This document shows, one piece after another, positions 13,377 through 26,038 of a stretch of 64,000 nt of DNA. How positions within the stretch are numbered: the stretch's first letter is position 1; each line of letters begins with the position of its first letter. The notes beneath the pieces were generated by a model that did no database searches, was not told the origin of the DNA, and saw nothing but the letters and a program-made list of their open reading frames with translations. The DNA comes from Klebsormidium nitens (lineage: Eukaryota; Plantae; Klebsormidiophyceae): the NCBI GenBank assembly GCA_000708835.1, contig DF236952.1, positions 310,001 to 374,000 on the forward strand. The letters are read 5' to 3'. The position numbers and the translations under genes were made by a program.

Positions 13377-16300
13377 ATGTCCTCTCAGGTGTTGGCCCGG
13401 TCTGGCCTGAACAGCTCGTTTCTGCTCCACCCAGCTCCTTCAGGCCTCCCTACAGAGCGCCCTTCGCCAAGGAATCGCCACCTGGCTGGATATGGAGCTG
13501 GACAGGTGTCGTTGCCAGGGTTGAGGTGCGGTTACGGCCCAGGCAAATGTACGTCATTCAGGTATGAGACTCCGGAGGAGGATTGAGACACGGTGGGAGA
13601 ATTGTGCAAAGGTGCTACTCTACTTGGCGCTGGAGTTTGCTTTCATGAGGGTTTGGCCTGTTTTTCAGGTGTGGAAGGAGATTCCTAGACTTCAATGTGC
13701 TCGCAAATCTCCTTGCTCACGCTTGCGGGCATTGTGCACAGCGTCTCCCGTAGCGGCAGTCCCTGCATTCATGTATTTCAATGCTGTGGAGTTGACAAGC
13801 GGAGTTTCCTCTCGGGGCGTTCCAAAGTCATAGAAGTCTGCTTCAAAAGCTGCTTGCTTTGCTCTTTTCACATCCCTCCACCAGCTAAAAATTAGCTCGA
13901 CTTTAAGTCTCTGTGAACCAGGCCAAGCACTAGAACATGGAGCAGGTTGGGCTTTTCGCAAACTAGATGTAGGTGCAACGAGCGTCCAGAATTTCAAGTT
14001 ACTAGAATGGTGGTCTCATAGGCTGTCCCTTCTTTACTCCAGGCGGCCAGTTGTGTCCTCCCCAGGACGAAGCAGGGAACGCTTCACCTTCACATGTAAG
14101 TTTTCCATTGCTTCAAAGTCTCAAGTCTCTGCCAGTGAGCTCAAGCCAGGGGTGGTCTCCTTCGCGTCCGCTCCTTCAGCATATTGCAAAACGATGTCGC
14201 TGCAGCATGATCGTGAAAGCTATTGTGACCGGCACGAGCAACAAGCTGTAGGCGTGAGAGTTTCTTTTTGATAGATGAGCAGACCAATAGAGCGCTGTCA
14301 GCAGGATACTAGACTGGCTCCGAGCTTTCTCTGCGTGTGAGCCAAGGTTGGCTTCTGAAAGAGTGTGTTTTTCCGCAAAGGTTTAGAAGGCCGGTTCGCT
14401 GTGCAAGTCGTCTCCAACGATATGCTTCCTGGTGCCTTGTCGATCAAAAACTGCTCCAAAGCGCCAAGCAACTCTGTCCCCACTCAGGCGCCCAAGCAAA
14501 GAACTCTCCTCCTTCGGATGCCAATCCGATAGCCACGGCGGTGTTGAACAGCAAGGCCCCATCAGAAAACGGCAGCAGTAGTAGCCAAAACTCGGGCGCG
14601 GGGGGGGGTGGTACACATGAAAGGAAGGGCGTTGACGAGGGCGACGGTGATGAGGGGGAGTTTGGGTCAGTGCCAGAGTGAGCTGGCGTGGCACCCCCGC
14701 TCTTTCAGCAATTTTCGTGGGTTTTACGGTCACGTCTGTATGAAGTAGAAACGGGCAGGACAACCCCGAGCTATATGCGTTGCGGCTGGAAGCGCGGTTG
14801 CTTTCTGAAAGGAGAAAGTCCGATTTGGTGCCAGTGCAAGTAATTGGCCCTTTCAATTCTCTGCGTCAATTGCAAGAGTGCAGATGTCGGTGTTTGATTT
14901 AATTTGATTTGTTTTGATTTGATTTGATCGGATCGGACACCGACAGATCAATCATTGATCGGTGCCGTCCGACTGGAGCGGCACTGGCTGGTACTTGAAA
15001 TGTGAACGGATTGATCTGCATACACACTTCAAAGGAGCCGTGATGCACAGGAAAGCGGAAGCAGTTGATAAGGCAGGTCGAACAGTTGGATTCCGCAGCC
15101 ATGTTAGCAATTGAAGGACGATGTTGTCAAGTTTCCCTGACAGACTAAAAACTTATGGTTGCCAGCTTCGAGTTCAAGCAAGACCGAGGGGCGTCCTTAA
15201 ACCCTGGTAGCAACCCCGTGTGCCTTGCGATATTTCTGACTTGAATCGCTTCACCTGCTGCAGTCTGATCCCCGATGCCGCCAAGGACGTGGATTCCTTC
15301 CTGCCGGAATGGGCGCGGCTCAACAAGGATGACGTCATCACCGTGGGGGTCACCTTCGCAGTCTCTCTCATCTTTCGAACGTGAGTGCCTCTGTTTCTGG
15401 TCGGTCGACAATCTTGTCTTGATTGTCAAACGTTCCTCTTCGAAGTCGAGGAGAGTTGCCAATGGACGAAATACCCGAAGTGCTCTGTTCCGGAGCGAGG
15501 GTTAAAAGCACTGACTTAGTTCCTGTGTGAGATTTTGTCAGTGCTTGTCTGAACCGAACGGCGATTGAGGGGTATAGGGAAGAGCGTGATCTTTGATCGG
15601 TGTTGCAAACGGTTTGTTAAGGCGTTGGACAGGACTTTCTATGGGAGAGACGGCTTGAGTTCCCGGGCGGGTGTTTGTAAATAGGGTTTCGTATCGTCGT
15701 CTATAAGTCTTAAGAAAGATAATCTGAGTTCGCAAGGACCTCTGATCGCAACTGCAACGGAGTGGAGCTAAACAAAAGCCGCACACAACAAGCGGCACAA
15801 GAGCAGCGGTAAAGAACACCTGTCGACCCGCTTCCTCATCGAAAGTATCTGCTGAAAGGAAAGGGTTTGAGTGAGAACAAACCTCCTCTGGGCTCTCTGG
15901 CAGGTTCATTGCCGAACCTCGGTACATTCCTTCCCTGTCCATGTTCCCAACGTTCGACATCGGTGACCGGATCATTACGGAACGGGTAAGGCTGCCAAAG
16001 TCGTTGAATCGAAGTGTACTCAATGTGAGGCGCCAGACTTGTGCGAGATCTATGCGTCAATTTTCGTTTCGCCAATCCGGCGGACTGATGGGCCACTTAT
16101 CTGACAGCGTGGCCGGAGCATAAAGCAACGCACTACCCCAAATGGTTGCATCATAGGGCGACGTTTTGTGGAGAATTGAATGTGTGCGTGACGTCACTTG
16201 CTCACGTGCTTGGCGAGTGGGATTCGAAAAATCGTTAGAGCCTCGTCAAGATCTGGTGCGGAGGTTGCATAGAGACCCTGATATCTAAGCGGTTCGCCTA

Positions 16301-18882
16301 CTCGCAGATATCATACTATTTGCATGACCCCCAAGTCGGGGACATTGTAACCTTCAAAGCCCCTCCACAGCTGGTGGTAAGCTCGATTCCCTGCCCTTAT
16401 CTCTTCTTTTCTCTTTTGTCTGCTTTCCGCCTCTGCTTTCATAGTGTCTTCTTTTTTTTGGATCCTTTTCCGATTCACGCCGCTGGCTCGCAAGCGGCTG
16501 TCTGGTTTTGCTTTCCACGTCCTCGTTTCCCCCAGATTCTTCGTTGGTTAATCTTTCCCTTTGTGTCTCTTCTTGCGCTGTTTGCACCTTGGATCTGCCG
16601 TTCACGAAGGGAGCTCTCATGTTGTGCTTTTCGTCGGATCGCCGAAGCCTTTTATGACGTCTTTTGCGATTAGGATCTGAAGCCTCCCTTGTCGTTTGGC
16701 TTTGCTTGAGCTCGTTTTCTTTCAATCGAACACTGCTTGCCAATCGCGTTACCGGAGGTTCAATCTGCGTTGTACCTAATCAGCCGCCGAGAATCTCCCT
16801 GACGCTTGGTATGCTAGTGTAGAAAGACAGGTTAGGAAGATAGAGTTGACCCGCTCAGGAACCCTTGCGCTGACGTCAAGCTGACGTGTGCAGGCCCGGG
16901 GTTACCAGGACGGGGAGGTGTTCGTCAAACGAGTTGTCGCAACCGGGGGGGACGTAGTTGAGGTAAAGCTGCCCACACCCCTTTTCTTACACTCTTGATA
17001 ACCAGTAAAATAGAGTGTTATAAGAGTAATAAAAACTCAATGAATGGATCCAAGTAGTAGCGGCTGGCGAACGACCACCTGTGCTAAAGTTGGCTGGGAG
17101 TGTTTTCGTATCAGCATGCGCGCGCAGGGCACGTAAGGCCCACCTGTCGTGAAGGCGGTTGCGCCACTAGTCGTATTCTTGGCATCCCACAACCAGAGAC
17201 GATAACAGAATACCGTGAGAATATTGGCTGCGGAAGGTGGGCTTTCTCAAGTGCGTGACCCGGACAAAAAACAAATTTGAAATGAACGCTTTCAAGCCTC
17301 ATGTCATCGATGGGGGTCACAAAGACAACCACGTCGTTATCGACCGCCTTTCTGTCTTGTTCTCGACACTTTGTTATCCTTATGCTTCCCATCAACTCAA
17401 CCACTCAACCCACAAACTGTTACTATTGAAGTTGGTATTGGCTTTTCTATTTTGCAGAAGATCGTCCCCAACGCTTGGCCGTGTAGTAGGGCCGACCGGT
17501 TAGATTCTATCCGGACACCCCAAAATCGGCAGAATTGAATCTGAGTTTCTCGTAGTGTGTGCCATTTGACAGACAGACAGTCGTAATAAGCGGCCACACT
17601 CCTGGACGGTATGGATTTCGTGAGGTCCCGACGTTCCGGATTCGCAGGCAGTATCTTCATCCTGTAGAAGCTCGACAAGAAGTCGGCTTACACTGGCGAC
17701 ACGTCTCTGCAGGTTCATGACGGCACCTTGATTGTGAACGGGCGGCAACGAAATAGCGAGACATATATCGCCGAGAAGCCGTTCTACGACCTGCCGCCCG
17801 TGGTAAGATCACGGAACCCGTGCACTCTAGACCTTGCTTCGACAAAGCGACATCACTTGTGTCTCCTATGACCTTCTCAATAACCGCAAACATGTCTTGT
17901 TAAGTGCCTTTGCCGTAAGTATTGCTCTGTCTCTGCCTTGTCGTGGTTCCGGTCTAGTTGATAACGAGAAACTTCTAGCGTCCCCGGAGTGATCGACTTT
18001 CTGGTCGTTATTCCGCACTGACATTGTTTCTGGACAGGTCTAAATCATCAAAGGTGCTGTGCCGCCTCTTCCCGTCGGTACATCGGAAGAATGTTGATTC
18101 ATACGGCGTTGCTCGATTCAATCACACATGCGAAACGCACATTGAAGCGCCCTGTTGTTCGCCCGTCTATCCGATCACGCTGTCGTTCGTTAGTCAGTCA
18201 AGCGTTCAGCGCTTACGGCAAAGAGTAAAGCCGGCTAGTGGTGCAGCAGATTCTAGAACGGCGTTGATACTTGAAAGGCTAAGCATTTTGGTTATTCCGC
18301 TGCAGAGGGTTCCGGAGGATGACGTTTTCGTCATGGGGGACAACCGGAACAACAGCTACGATTCGCATTTATGGTGAGCCTTCCCATTGACGTCAAAATC
18401 AGACTGTGCGAGACGTCAGAAGGGGTGCTCGTTGTCGTATCTAGAGTTTTGAAGTTACAAACTTGCTGAGAGCCGAGCATGAATGCTAAGCACTCGTATG
18501 ATAAAGCCAGCGGTTTTTTAAGTCTTTAATATGTCCTGTTTTTTAAGTCTTTGATATGTGCTGTACCGAGTATAGCCACGTCTTCCGTTCAGTACGTTGC
18601 TTTCAACGCGCCACCAGAGCTTTACAGATGCTCGCTTGAAGCGTAACCTCACAAACCTATCCAAGTATGTACTTTGGATTGTTCGAGTCCCGACGTTCAG
18701 CCGTCCTGAATGTTGAAAGATGGTATCGAGTCCCTTGAACTTACAGCTGTCTCTCCGTTGTCTGCAGGGGTCCTTTACCTAAAAAGAACATAGTCGGGAA
18801 GTATTTCTTTAGATACTGGCCTCCTACTAAGATTAACGCCAACGGCAATGCTGTAGCCCCGCCTCTCCTCGACAGTCGGTAA
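13377..18882 (+). CDS. PLSP1: Plastid (thylakoid) type I signal peptidase, S26A family, Plsp1-like
   Basis: Transit-peptide-like N-terminus (ATG 13377, or in-frame 13320; N-terminal exons only partly resolved). Exons 15264-15380, 15904-15985, 16308-16376, 16894-16962, 17713-17802, 18306-18373, 18768-18882 give [23 protein letters not shown] (catalytic Ser), EVFVKRVVA (catalytic Lys), [20 protein letters not shown] and FRYWPP. Confidence 0.95.
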
Positions 18883-19893
18883 CGACCATTGTTTGAGTTT
18901 TACCCTTGATTATACCAAAAGTTTGAGAGCACAGTAATAACAATTGACTGGAATCAGGTTTCACGAGTTCTTAACTCGATCATTTTTGAGGTGAGGGCTT
19001 TTAGGTAAAAGACATGGACTTTGGGGTTTGAGCTCCGGCGCGTGTCTTAGTCTCTTCGTAAGGCCATTCAAGATGCACATTCATGGGCCGTTCCTTGTGT
19101 TCGAGTATAGCATCTTCTTAAGTTTCAATGAGCCGGGATATGCATACACAAAGGTTTTGCAATGTTCGTGATATAAGTAATTGCGATTCACTGAAGTGAG
19201 AGTATATGCTGCATGAAGATTGGATCGCCAATGATTAATGTACCCCGCTCGTACCGGATCGCTTGCGTCAAGGCGGCCCAATTATAACGTGGCTCAGGGT
19301 TCATGAGACCAAGTGACCATCATCCAGAAATTTTCATCTGCAATGACCGATTGACATCATGGACCAGACATATGCACGTACGTGTATTTAGGCTAGCTAG
19401 GACACGGCCTGCATGACCTCGTTCTTTATACCGCTTGCATGTGACGTTGTGCTCCAGCATGCGAATGAACATGAAAATATGAATGATTGCCAGAATCATC
19501 CAAGGATACGTTCAAAGGCATACAGCAAACACGTACACAGGTTCCCACAGGTAATTTCGTTTGCCCAATGGGCAAGTCAGCCGCGTGGGGTGGCCAGTTC
19601 TCGCTTGGGCGATGAGCATCAGGCTTTGGGCCCATTCTGTATGTCTTGTTGAAGTGTCCATACGAACTCATTATGGACTCTTTCCAAAATCAGATGTGAA
19701 GACTCTTCACCTTTAAGGAGAGCTCCCCAGTTTTCAGTCCTGTGGCAAGCGAATGTTTTTGACGGCTGAAGAGCAGGTCAACATCGAACTCGAAACAACC
19801 GCGTGGGCTGACGAGGTGAAGAAACCACAAAACTCATAAGATGCTCTATTTTTTCAAAGTGTCACTTTGGAGGGGCCGATACGCTGGGCCGCC

Positions 19894-21024
19894 TCAAGAG
19901 GCGGAGGAGCTTCTCTTGAAGATGCCCTTCTTCTTTGGCGTTTCCTCTTTCTGCATGTAACTGCAGATGCACAAATTAGACGCTGGTGAGCTTCAAAGAC
20001 TTGTAGCCTCCTTGAATCTTCTTCTGGACCATGCACTCTTTCGTGCAAGCATGTTGCAGATGACAGCAGATCGCCACCAGATAACAGGGTCACATTGCAT
20101 ACAAAATACAAGACAACGAGTTCAAGGGGTGGGACAGCCTCACTCTCCATATTTGGCCGTGAACCTCTTCTCAAGCTTCGTGGCTGCTTTGTCCTCTGTC
20201 TTGACCTGAGCTTTTGCACTGCAATCGAACATGCTAAAGAGTCAGCACTTTTACAGCACGAGACCATCTATCTGCTTTTCATTTTTGATGCGAGCTCCGA
20301 GCTGCAAACTCCAGTCCTATTGAGGACTTGTCCCTTGCACGGGATCAACGCAGAGAAAGCAACTACCTCAGCACTGGAGGCATCTTGGATGGGACAATTA
20401 GTTGCACCCCCAACAAATTAATATGCAGAGTCTGACTCAGGGTTCTCAGCACAGAGCCAAACACTGTGACTTCCTCACCTGGACTTCCTGATCTTATCAA
20501 AATCCGACTCTCTTCGTGTCACCTTCTTCTCCTCCTTCCTGACTTCCTTTATCTGCTTCTTCAGCTTCTTTTCAGCCTTCTTCTTCCGCTTCTCTTCCTT
20601 AAGGGGGTCCTGGGTGCATAAATGACATCCTTTTCGGACAATGGATCGGATTGAAACAACAGCTCCTAAGATCAACATCTACTGTCTCAAGTGACTTTCT
20701 GGCACTCTGTCCAGAGGAGAAGTGAAAAGCGATTCTTCCGATTCATTACATTCTGCACAGCACCAAGATACAAGCAAAGGGATTGCTCTGACGATTTCCA
20801 GTGGTTCGGTCCACAGTTCTTCAAGATCACTTTTAGGGTTTGCAGGTTGCCAGATGCGGCAGACAGCTCTAGGCAGCTCCCATTGAAGCAGTGTCTTAGG
20901 TGTTTACAATTATTCTACGCACAAACGTCACCTAATGAGGGGGAAGCCTTTCTCCGTGAAACAGCGGAAGCTGGCGAAGTAGATTTGGCTCAGAATCCGG
21001 TCTTACCTCCCCAAAGAGACACAT
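19894..21024 (-). CDS. Small Lys-rich basic protein (~71 aa), 3 exons
   Basis: Exons 21007-21024, 20479-20609, 19894-19960 with good GT-AG sites (gtaaga, gtgagg) and matching phases: MCLFGE/DPLKEEKRKKKAEKKLKKQIKEVRKEEKKVTRRESDFDKIRKS/SYMQKEETPKKKGIFKRSSSAS*. The first exon is the least certain. Confidence 0.55.
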
Positions 21025-21356
21025 CCCAACCGTTCAGGTTGCCTCCAATAAGCCTCAAATTGCCTCCTGCCTTGGATTCAGGCTCCCAATATGGCGCCAG
21101 AGTACTTCATGGCGGACATGGAAACAATATGTCTTGGAAAACCCACGGAGCCCAACTTTGTCATTGGACAATCTTCATTGTGACCCCAATTGAGCTGGAA
21201 CCAGAGAGTCTATTGAAACCGCAGGTTTTGAAATTCGGAGCTGAGGAACGTAGGAGCTGATGCTCGAAGCTGCCAGTCGCTTTGAATTGCAGCTTCCAAA
21301 CTTGGTCCTGGCCGCTGTCAGCTGATCTGTTGGCGCATTGCAAGGTGCTTCTTCCA

Positions 21357-21375
21357 CTTCAACTTCAAGTTCAAC
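21357..21375. promoter_or_regulatory. (TTCAAS)n motif upstream of the 19894-21024 gene
   Basis: CTTCAACTTCAAGTTCAAC, same orientation relative to a minus-strand gene as at 12996 and 56582. Confidence 0.35.
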
Positions 21376-22334
21376 ACCAGGCTTGAACACAAACTTTCGA
21401 GAGAAAATTCAAAAATACGGTACATGTTTATTGCAGGCGTTTCAACCCCTCGCTTTCCAGAGCGCTGACCGGGGATTCGCCGGCTGCCGTCTTCAGCCCG
21501 ATTGCCGGCCAAAAAAGCTCAAACCAGTGAACGACCAAGTGAAACGGCAGTCGGTCGGCACGGCGTGCTCCCAACACCCCGTAACGGATGCAAATGAAAA
21601 CAAACGCATAATTGAAAAGAAAAGAAGGTCTGGGGTGGTCTGGGCCCAGCATTTCAAAGGCAGCGAGAGAGCTTGCTACTGCTAGATTCCAGCTCGCCGG
21701 GAAGCAGCTGTACTTTGAAGAACAGGGACGACACAACGCCAATGTCAAGTTGCAAGCTGGCAGGATTTTTGAAGCTCATCAAAAGAATGATTGAGCACAG
21801 ATAGATTCCAGCTAGCTATGCTGCAAGTAGGCTGGAGGCGTGAATATCGAGGAGCCCTTTCATATTGTCGTCAATGGCTGTTGTGGCTTTTAATCAGCTT
21901 TGAACTTCGAGGTGTCTTGTGCAAAGTGAGAAAGCTCTAGTGGTGTAGATATCCACCTCGCGATTATATCTTTGAAGGATGAGTGTGATAAATGTGCGTG
22001 TTTGAGTGTCAGTTTCCAGACTGCCAATGATGCCAACAGCACCTAGGGAATAGCCACCAATGAGACATAAAGTTTTGGCGTCATGCTCGCATGCAAGTCG
22101 GGCAGTGTCTTACAGATCAGTCAAAGACCAGGCAAGCAATGTTTAGACTTGACCAACTAGATAGTGGTCACTGACCTGCAATTACGTGGCAGCATCTGCA
22201 ACTTTCTTCATATCTTAGAATCTGAGCTCCAAATAGCACCCTAAGCAGGCGTAGCGGTCAGAATCAATGAGAACTCGGTAGAAGCAGCAAGCTCGTCGCA
22301 GTACCTGCAGAGGCGCTTCTCCGCAAGGACGGGA

Positions 22335-25300
22335 ATGGCGAGCGACGAGTCGCAGCAGCCGGGGGAAGGTGCTGGGGTGTCCGTCCCTCTGCCTCTGGAT
22401 AAGTTGTGCTTCACGTAAGCTATGGGCCAACGGATTGACTGCCACCACCTTGTAACGAACTCAAACATTCTCATTCTAGTGAGAAAGGCTCAGTTTCAGC
22501 TTGAGGTGCTCTTTCAATCACCAGATTACACCGAAGGAACCTTGACAGGGCTTGCTTCGTTATACAGTGATTGATAGTCATCCATTCTGTGTCTTTCTTA
22601 ACCTACACTGTGCCAAAGAAACAAATTAGCTTCAATCAGTGCATGCTTAAGAAAGCTAGTTTGTGCAATACTTAGCTTTCGCTCATATCTGCAGCTGGTG
22701 ATTGGAAGCATGAAACAAGCTGATTGGCCGCCCCTCCTGTTTGTTCTTTCACTAAGCTCCACAACCTTCTTCCTTTGCAGGCACAGCCAAGAAGGTCAGC
22801 CAATCGTCTTGGTGTCAACTGGAAGCTTCAATCCTCCAACCATACTGCATCTGCGTATGTTTGGTGAGTACCAAGTTTGCTTATGTTTGTTCGTTTGCCT
22901 TTCTCCTTGCCGCAGCTCTCTTGCCGCAGCCCCGCATAGACATTCTAATGAACCTGCAGAGGTGGCATGATACGCCAGAAGAGGCACTGGCTACCTACAT
23001 GAAGGGGACATTCACACTCCTGAATTAACACTCAGTCACCATGCTCCGTGTCGGTGTTAGCATCCCGCTTCACTTTCGGTGCTTGATCAGGTTCTTCCCA
23101 CAGTCCGTTTTCCCATTGGTATAAGGTCTTTCTTTCAGGAGTAACAAAGTCAGTGAGAACCAATTTCAGCACGCTGGGACTGGTGGAATCACCAAGGGGT
23201 CTAGGATGGATCTAGAGTCAGGGACCTGCTGCATTTTGCGTCTCCTGAAGCCTACTGTTCTTTTAAGTCCTGTCACTGCCGCGCTTTTGGTCTACTGAAT
23301 CGAAATGGTTGTGATCCGTGCATGTCGTTTGCAGAGTTGGCCAGAGATGACTTGACCGCTGACGGTTACAGCGTTTTGGGGGGCTACATGTCGCCCGTCA
23401 ATGACGCCTATGGCAAAAAAGTAAGCAAACAACTTCTGTGTTGCAGTATCTGGCACTTTCAAAATCAAATGGGGGTTTGCTCGTGTGGTGTTCCTTTTGT
23501 CATTTGTAAGCTTCGAACCCTGATCTACAGTCATGGTCTTAGCACTGAGGGAAAACTTCGGCTACCACCTGTTGAGCAAGCAGAGACGCGTCGTACTTGC
23601 AGAGCCAGCAGAATTACACAAGTCTATTTCATTCTTATTCTCTCTACAACCGCCCTTTCAAATAGGAAGAAGCTTTTTCCCCAGCCAACCTGAGCTACAG
23701 TAGCCAGGTATCTACTCGATTCGGAAAGCCAAAGTCATGATCAAAACATGATACCCCCAGCTCAGATTGGTCGCTTCCCCGTGGAAGACACGTTCAGAGA
23801 TCTCGAATCCGAGCACACTTGAATCCATCCCTCTCTGCTTTTTTTGCGTCAAAGACCTCCCTGAACTCGCTGTCCCTTGATCCCCTTGCGGCTCTCAACC
23901 ATTACGATACTCTCAACTTCAGGGCCTCCTTCCGGCACACCACCGGATCGCGATGTGCAGATTGGCGGCGGCCGACTCAGATCTGCTTATGGTGGACCCG
24001 TGGGAGGCCCTGCAAGCTGACTTTCAGCGCAGCATCAAAGTGCTGAAGCGGATACAGCAGGGCGTAAATGCGGCCAGGCCAGAGGGCATGCGTGAGTCGT
24101 ACTTCCTTGCGCCGTTTCTTGCCGTCTTGTTTTTACCGTCAGCATTGGTAGAACACAATTGAGGATGCCTTGGACAGATGCACGAATGGGCGTACTTGGC
24201 GTTTCAAGCGTCAGGAAGATTGCAGTCCGCGCGATGCCATATCGTCTTGCTTTCTCTTCGTGCGCTTTAGTTCTTCCCCCGCTTGCAGGCGACCTACAAC
24301 AGTCTTTGCAAAGATGGAATGCTTTTATGTCTGTTAAGGAGTAAAAATGCTTTCCTGTTCTTCTTTCGTTCTCAGGCTACGCTTTTTCTGTTCTCTTCAC
24401 ATTTCCCTGCTCCCTGTTTCTCTACGGTTATGGTTCCTCGTTTGTGGATGATTGCTTACTCCATCGTGCTGAAACGTCTCTGCGCGCGATGTAATCGAAC
24501 CACCACTTTTGTCGGAAACAATACATAAACGACCTTCGCCATCGGAGCCCCAGTGCTGGACTTGGGCACGGTTCAATAATTTGTCTTCACATAAGACTTT
24601 CCGCTGTTGATTGAGGATCAGGCACTGTCACCCACCGTAATTGTCCGTCTGCCGCGTCTCTTCTCGCCATTTTGCTGCCTCTTTTGTTGCTCGAAACGTT
24701 GAACTGTAAACCCGTCATGGCCGCTCCATGATGACGTCGGCTTCCGATATCCCCCTGCAGCCCCTGTGCGGTTGATGCTCGTGTGCGGCGCGGACCTGCT
24801 CGAGTCCTTCAGCCGGCCCGGCGTTTGGATCGAAGCGCAGCTACGGGAGATCTTTGCAGATCACGGCGTCGTGTGCATTTCCCGGGGGGGCTCCGACGCA
24901 CGGCGACACATTCACGAGAACGATCTTCTGTTTGAGTACCGAGTGAGTGACATAACGGTCCTCCTTGACAATTGAACTTGATGCAAATTTTGGCAGACCA
25001 AGGCGTTGTGCGGGGAGGTTCCGATGCCCGGCGGCACATTCAGGAAAACGGTCTGCTCTTTGAGTATCGGGTGAGTGACATAAGATACTCCCTGGTTCTG
25101 GAAAACAATCTACTGTTTGGGTACGGATGATTGGCATTACGATACTCCCTGACGACTGGACGGATTGCAAATCTTCGCGAAGCATGGCATCGTGTGCATC
25201 TGCCCAGGGGGTCCGACGCCCGGCGACACATTCAGGAGAATCGTCTGCTGTTTGAGTACCGGGTCAGTGACATATCATTGTCCTTCTTCGAGAGTCTGCA

Positions 25301-26038
25301 ACCTCTTTGACTGTCAGGACTAGATCGAGACATCTTGAAGGAGATTTCGGACGCTCATAGAGGTGCTCCTGTGCGTGAGCTGTCCGCCTGACGTCGCACT
25401 TCCCCTCCTAACCGATTCATCCGTCCGTCGCTCCCCTATGAACTTGCGCTAAAGGAGGACTCGCTGAATCAAGCTTCCGTGCTCGCAGAAATCCATCCGG
25501 ATTGTAGACGAGTGGGCTTCCAACGAAGTTAGCTCCACCCTCGTCAGGTGAGGCTGTTCTTGACTATAGGAGCTTCGCTTTCGTAATCTAATTGTAAACT
25601 GGCGGATCACAATCGCACCTCCTGCTATTCGGCCCAGCAACGCGCTTTTTGATCAAGCCGAACGACGCCCCCTAAATTGACCAGAGGCAGGTCGAGGAGT
25701 TGCCATCTGGTGCCAGATTTTGTCAGTTGCCGCGGACTGCGCAAACTCTCTGATGCATCGCTCGACGAATGCACACTGGGGTCCTCTTAAGTGGTCCAAC
25801 GCTTTTGAGCATGTGATTAAGGCCGGTTGCTCTTTGCAGGCGCTTCTTGAGTCGCGGGCTGTCCGTGAAGTACCTCACACCGGACAGCGTCATACAGTAC
25901 GTGAAAGAGCACAAGCTCTACACGCCCTCTCATTCGAAACCAATGGACGAAAACGGTGCTGGCCTATCCTCCAGAACCAGCACGAAAGACAACGCGGTAG
26001 AGAGGAAGGCCGAAGCTGCGCTTATCTTGACCCCTTAA
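22335..26038 (+). CDS. NMNAT: Nicotinamide/nicotinate mononucleotide adenylyltransferase
   Basis: Seven exons 22335-22414, 22781-22863, 23335-23420, 23923-24091, 24761-24942, 25489-25547, 25840-26038. Motifs VPLPLDKL, GSFNPPTILHLRMFELARD, GGYMSPVNDAYGKK, VDPWEA, LVCGADLLESF, SRGLSVKYLTPDSVIQYVKEHKLY. Confidence 0.97.
24980..25290 (+). repeat. Two diverged tandem copies of the 3' half of NMNAT exon 5 plus its donor site, inside intron 5
   Basis: Copies end in GAG TAT CGG|gtgagtgacat (donor copy at 25071) and GAG TAC CGG|gtcagtgacat (25263), versus the real GAG TAC CGA|gtgagtgacat (24943). A shorter remnant lies at ~25100-25160. Confidence 0.92.

Noticed and set aside
19400-19840. Possible small plus-strand gene ending ...MFLTAEEQVNIELETTAWADEVKKPQNS*
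   Set aside because: Only one short exon-like segment; no supported upstream exons or homology.
20691-21260. 189-aa plus-strand ORF
   Set aside because: No recognisable motif or splice context, and it overlaps the intron and first exon of the minus-strand basic-protein model.
24849-25290. Repeat-spacer-like pattern considered as a CRISPR array
   Set aside because: The repeats are diverged copies of an NMNAT exon in a eukaryotic intron; no cas genes or identical direct repeats.
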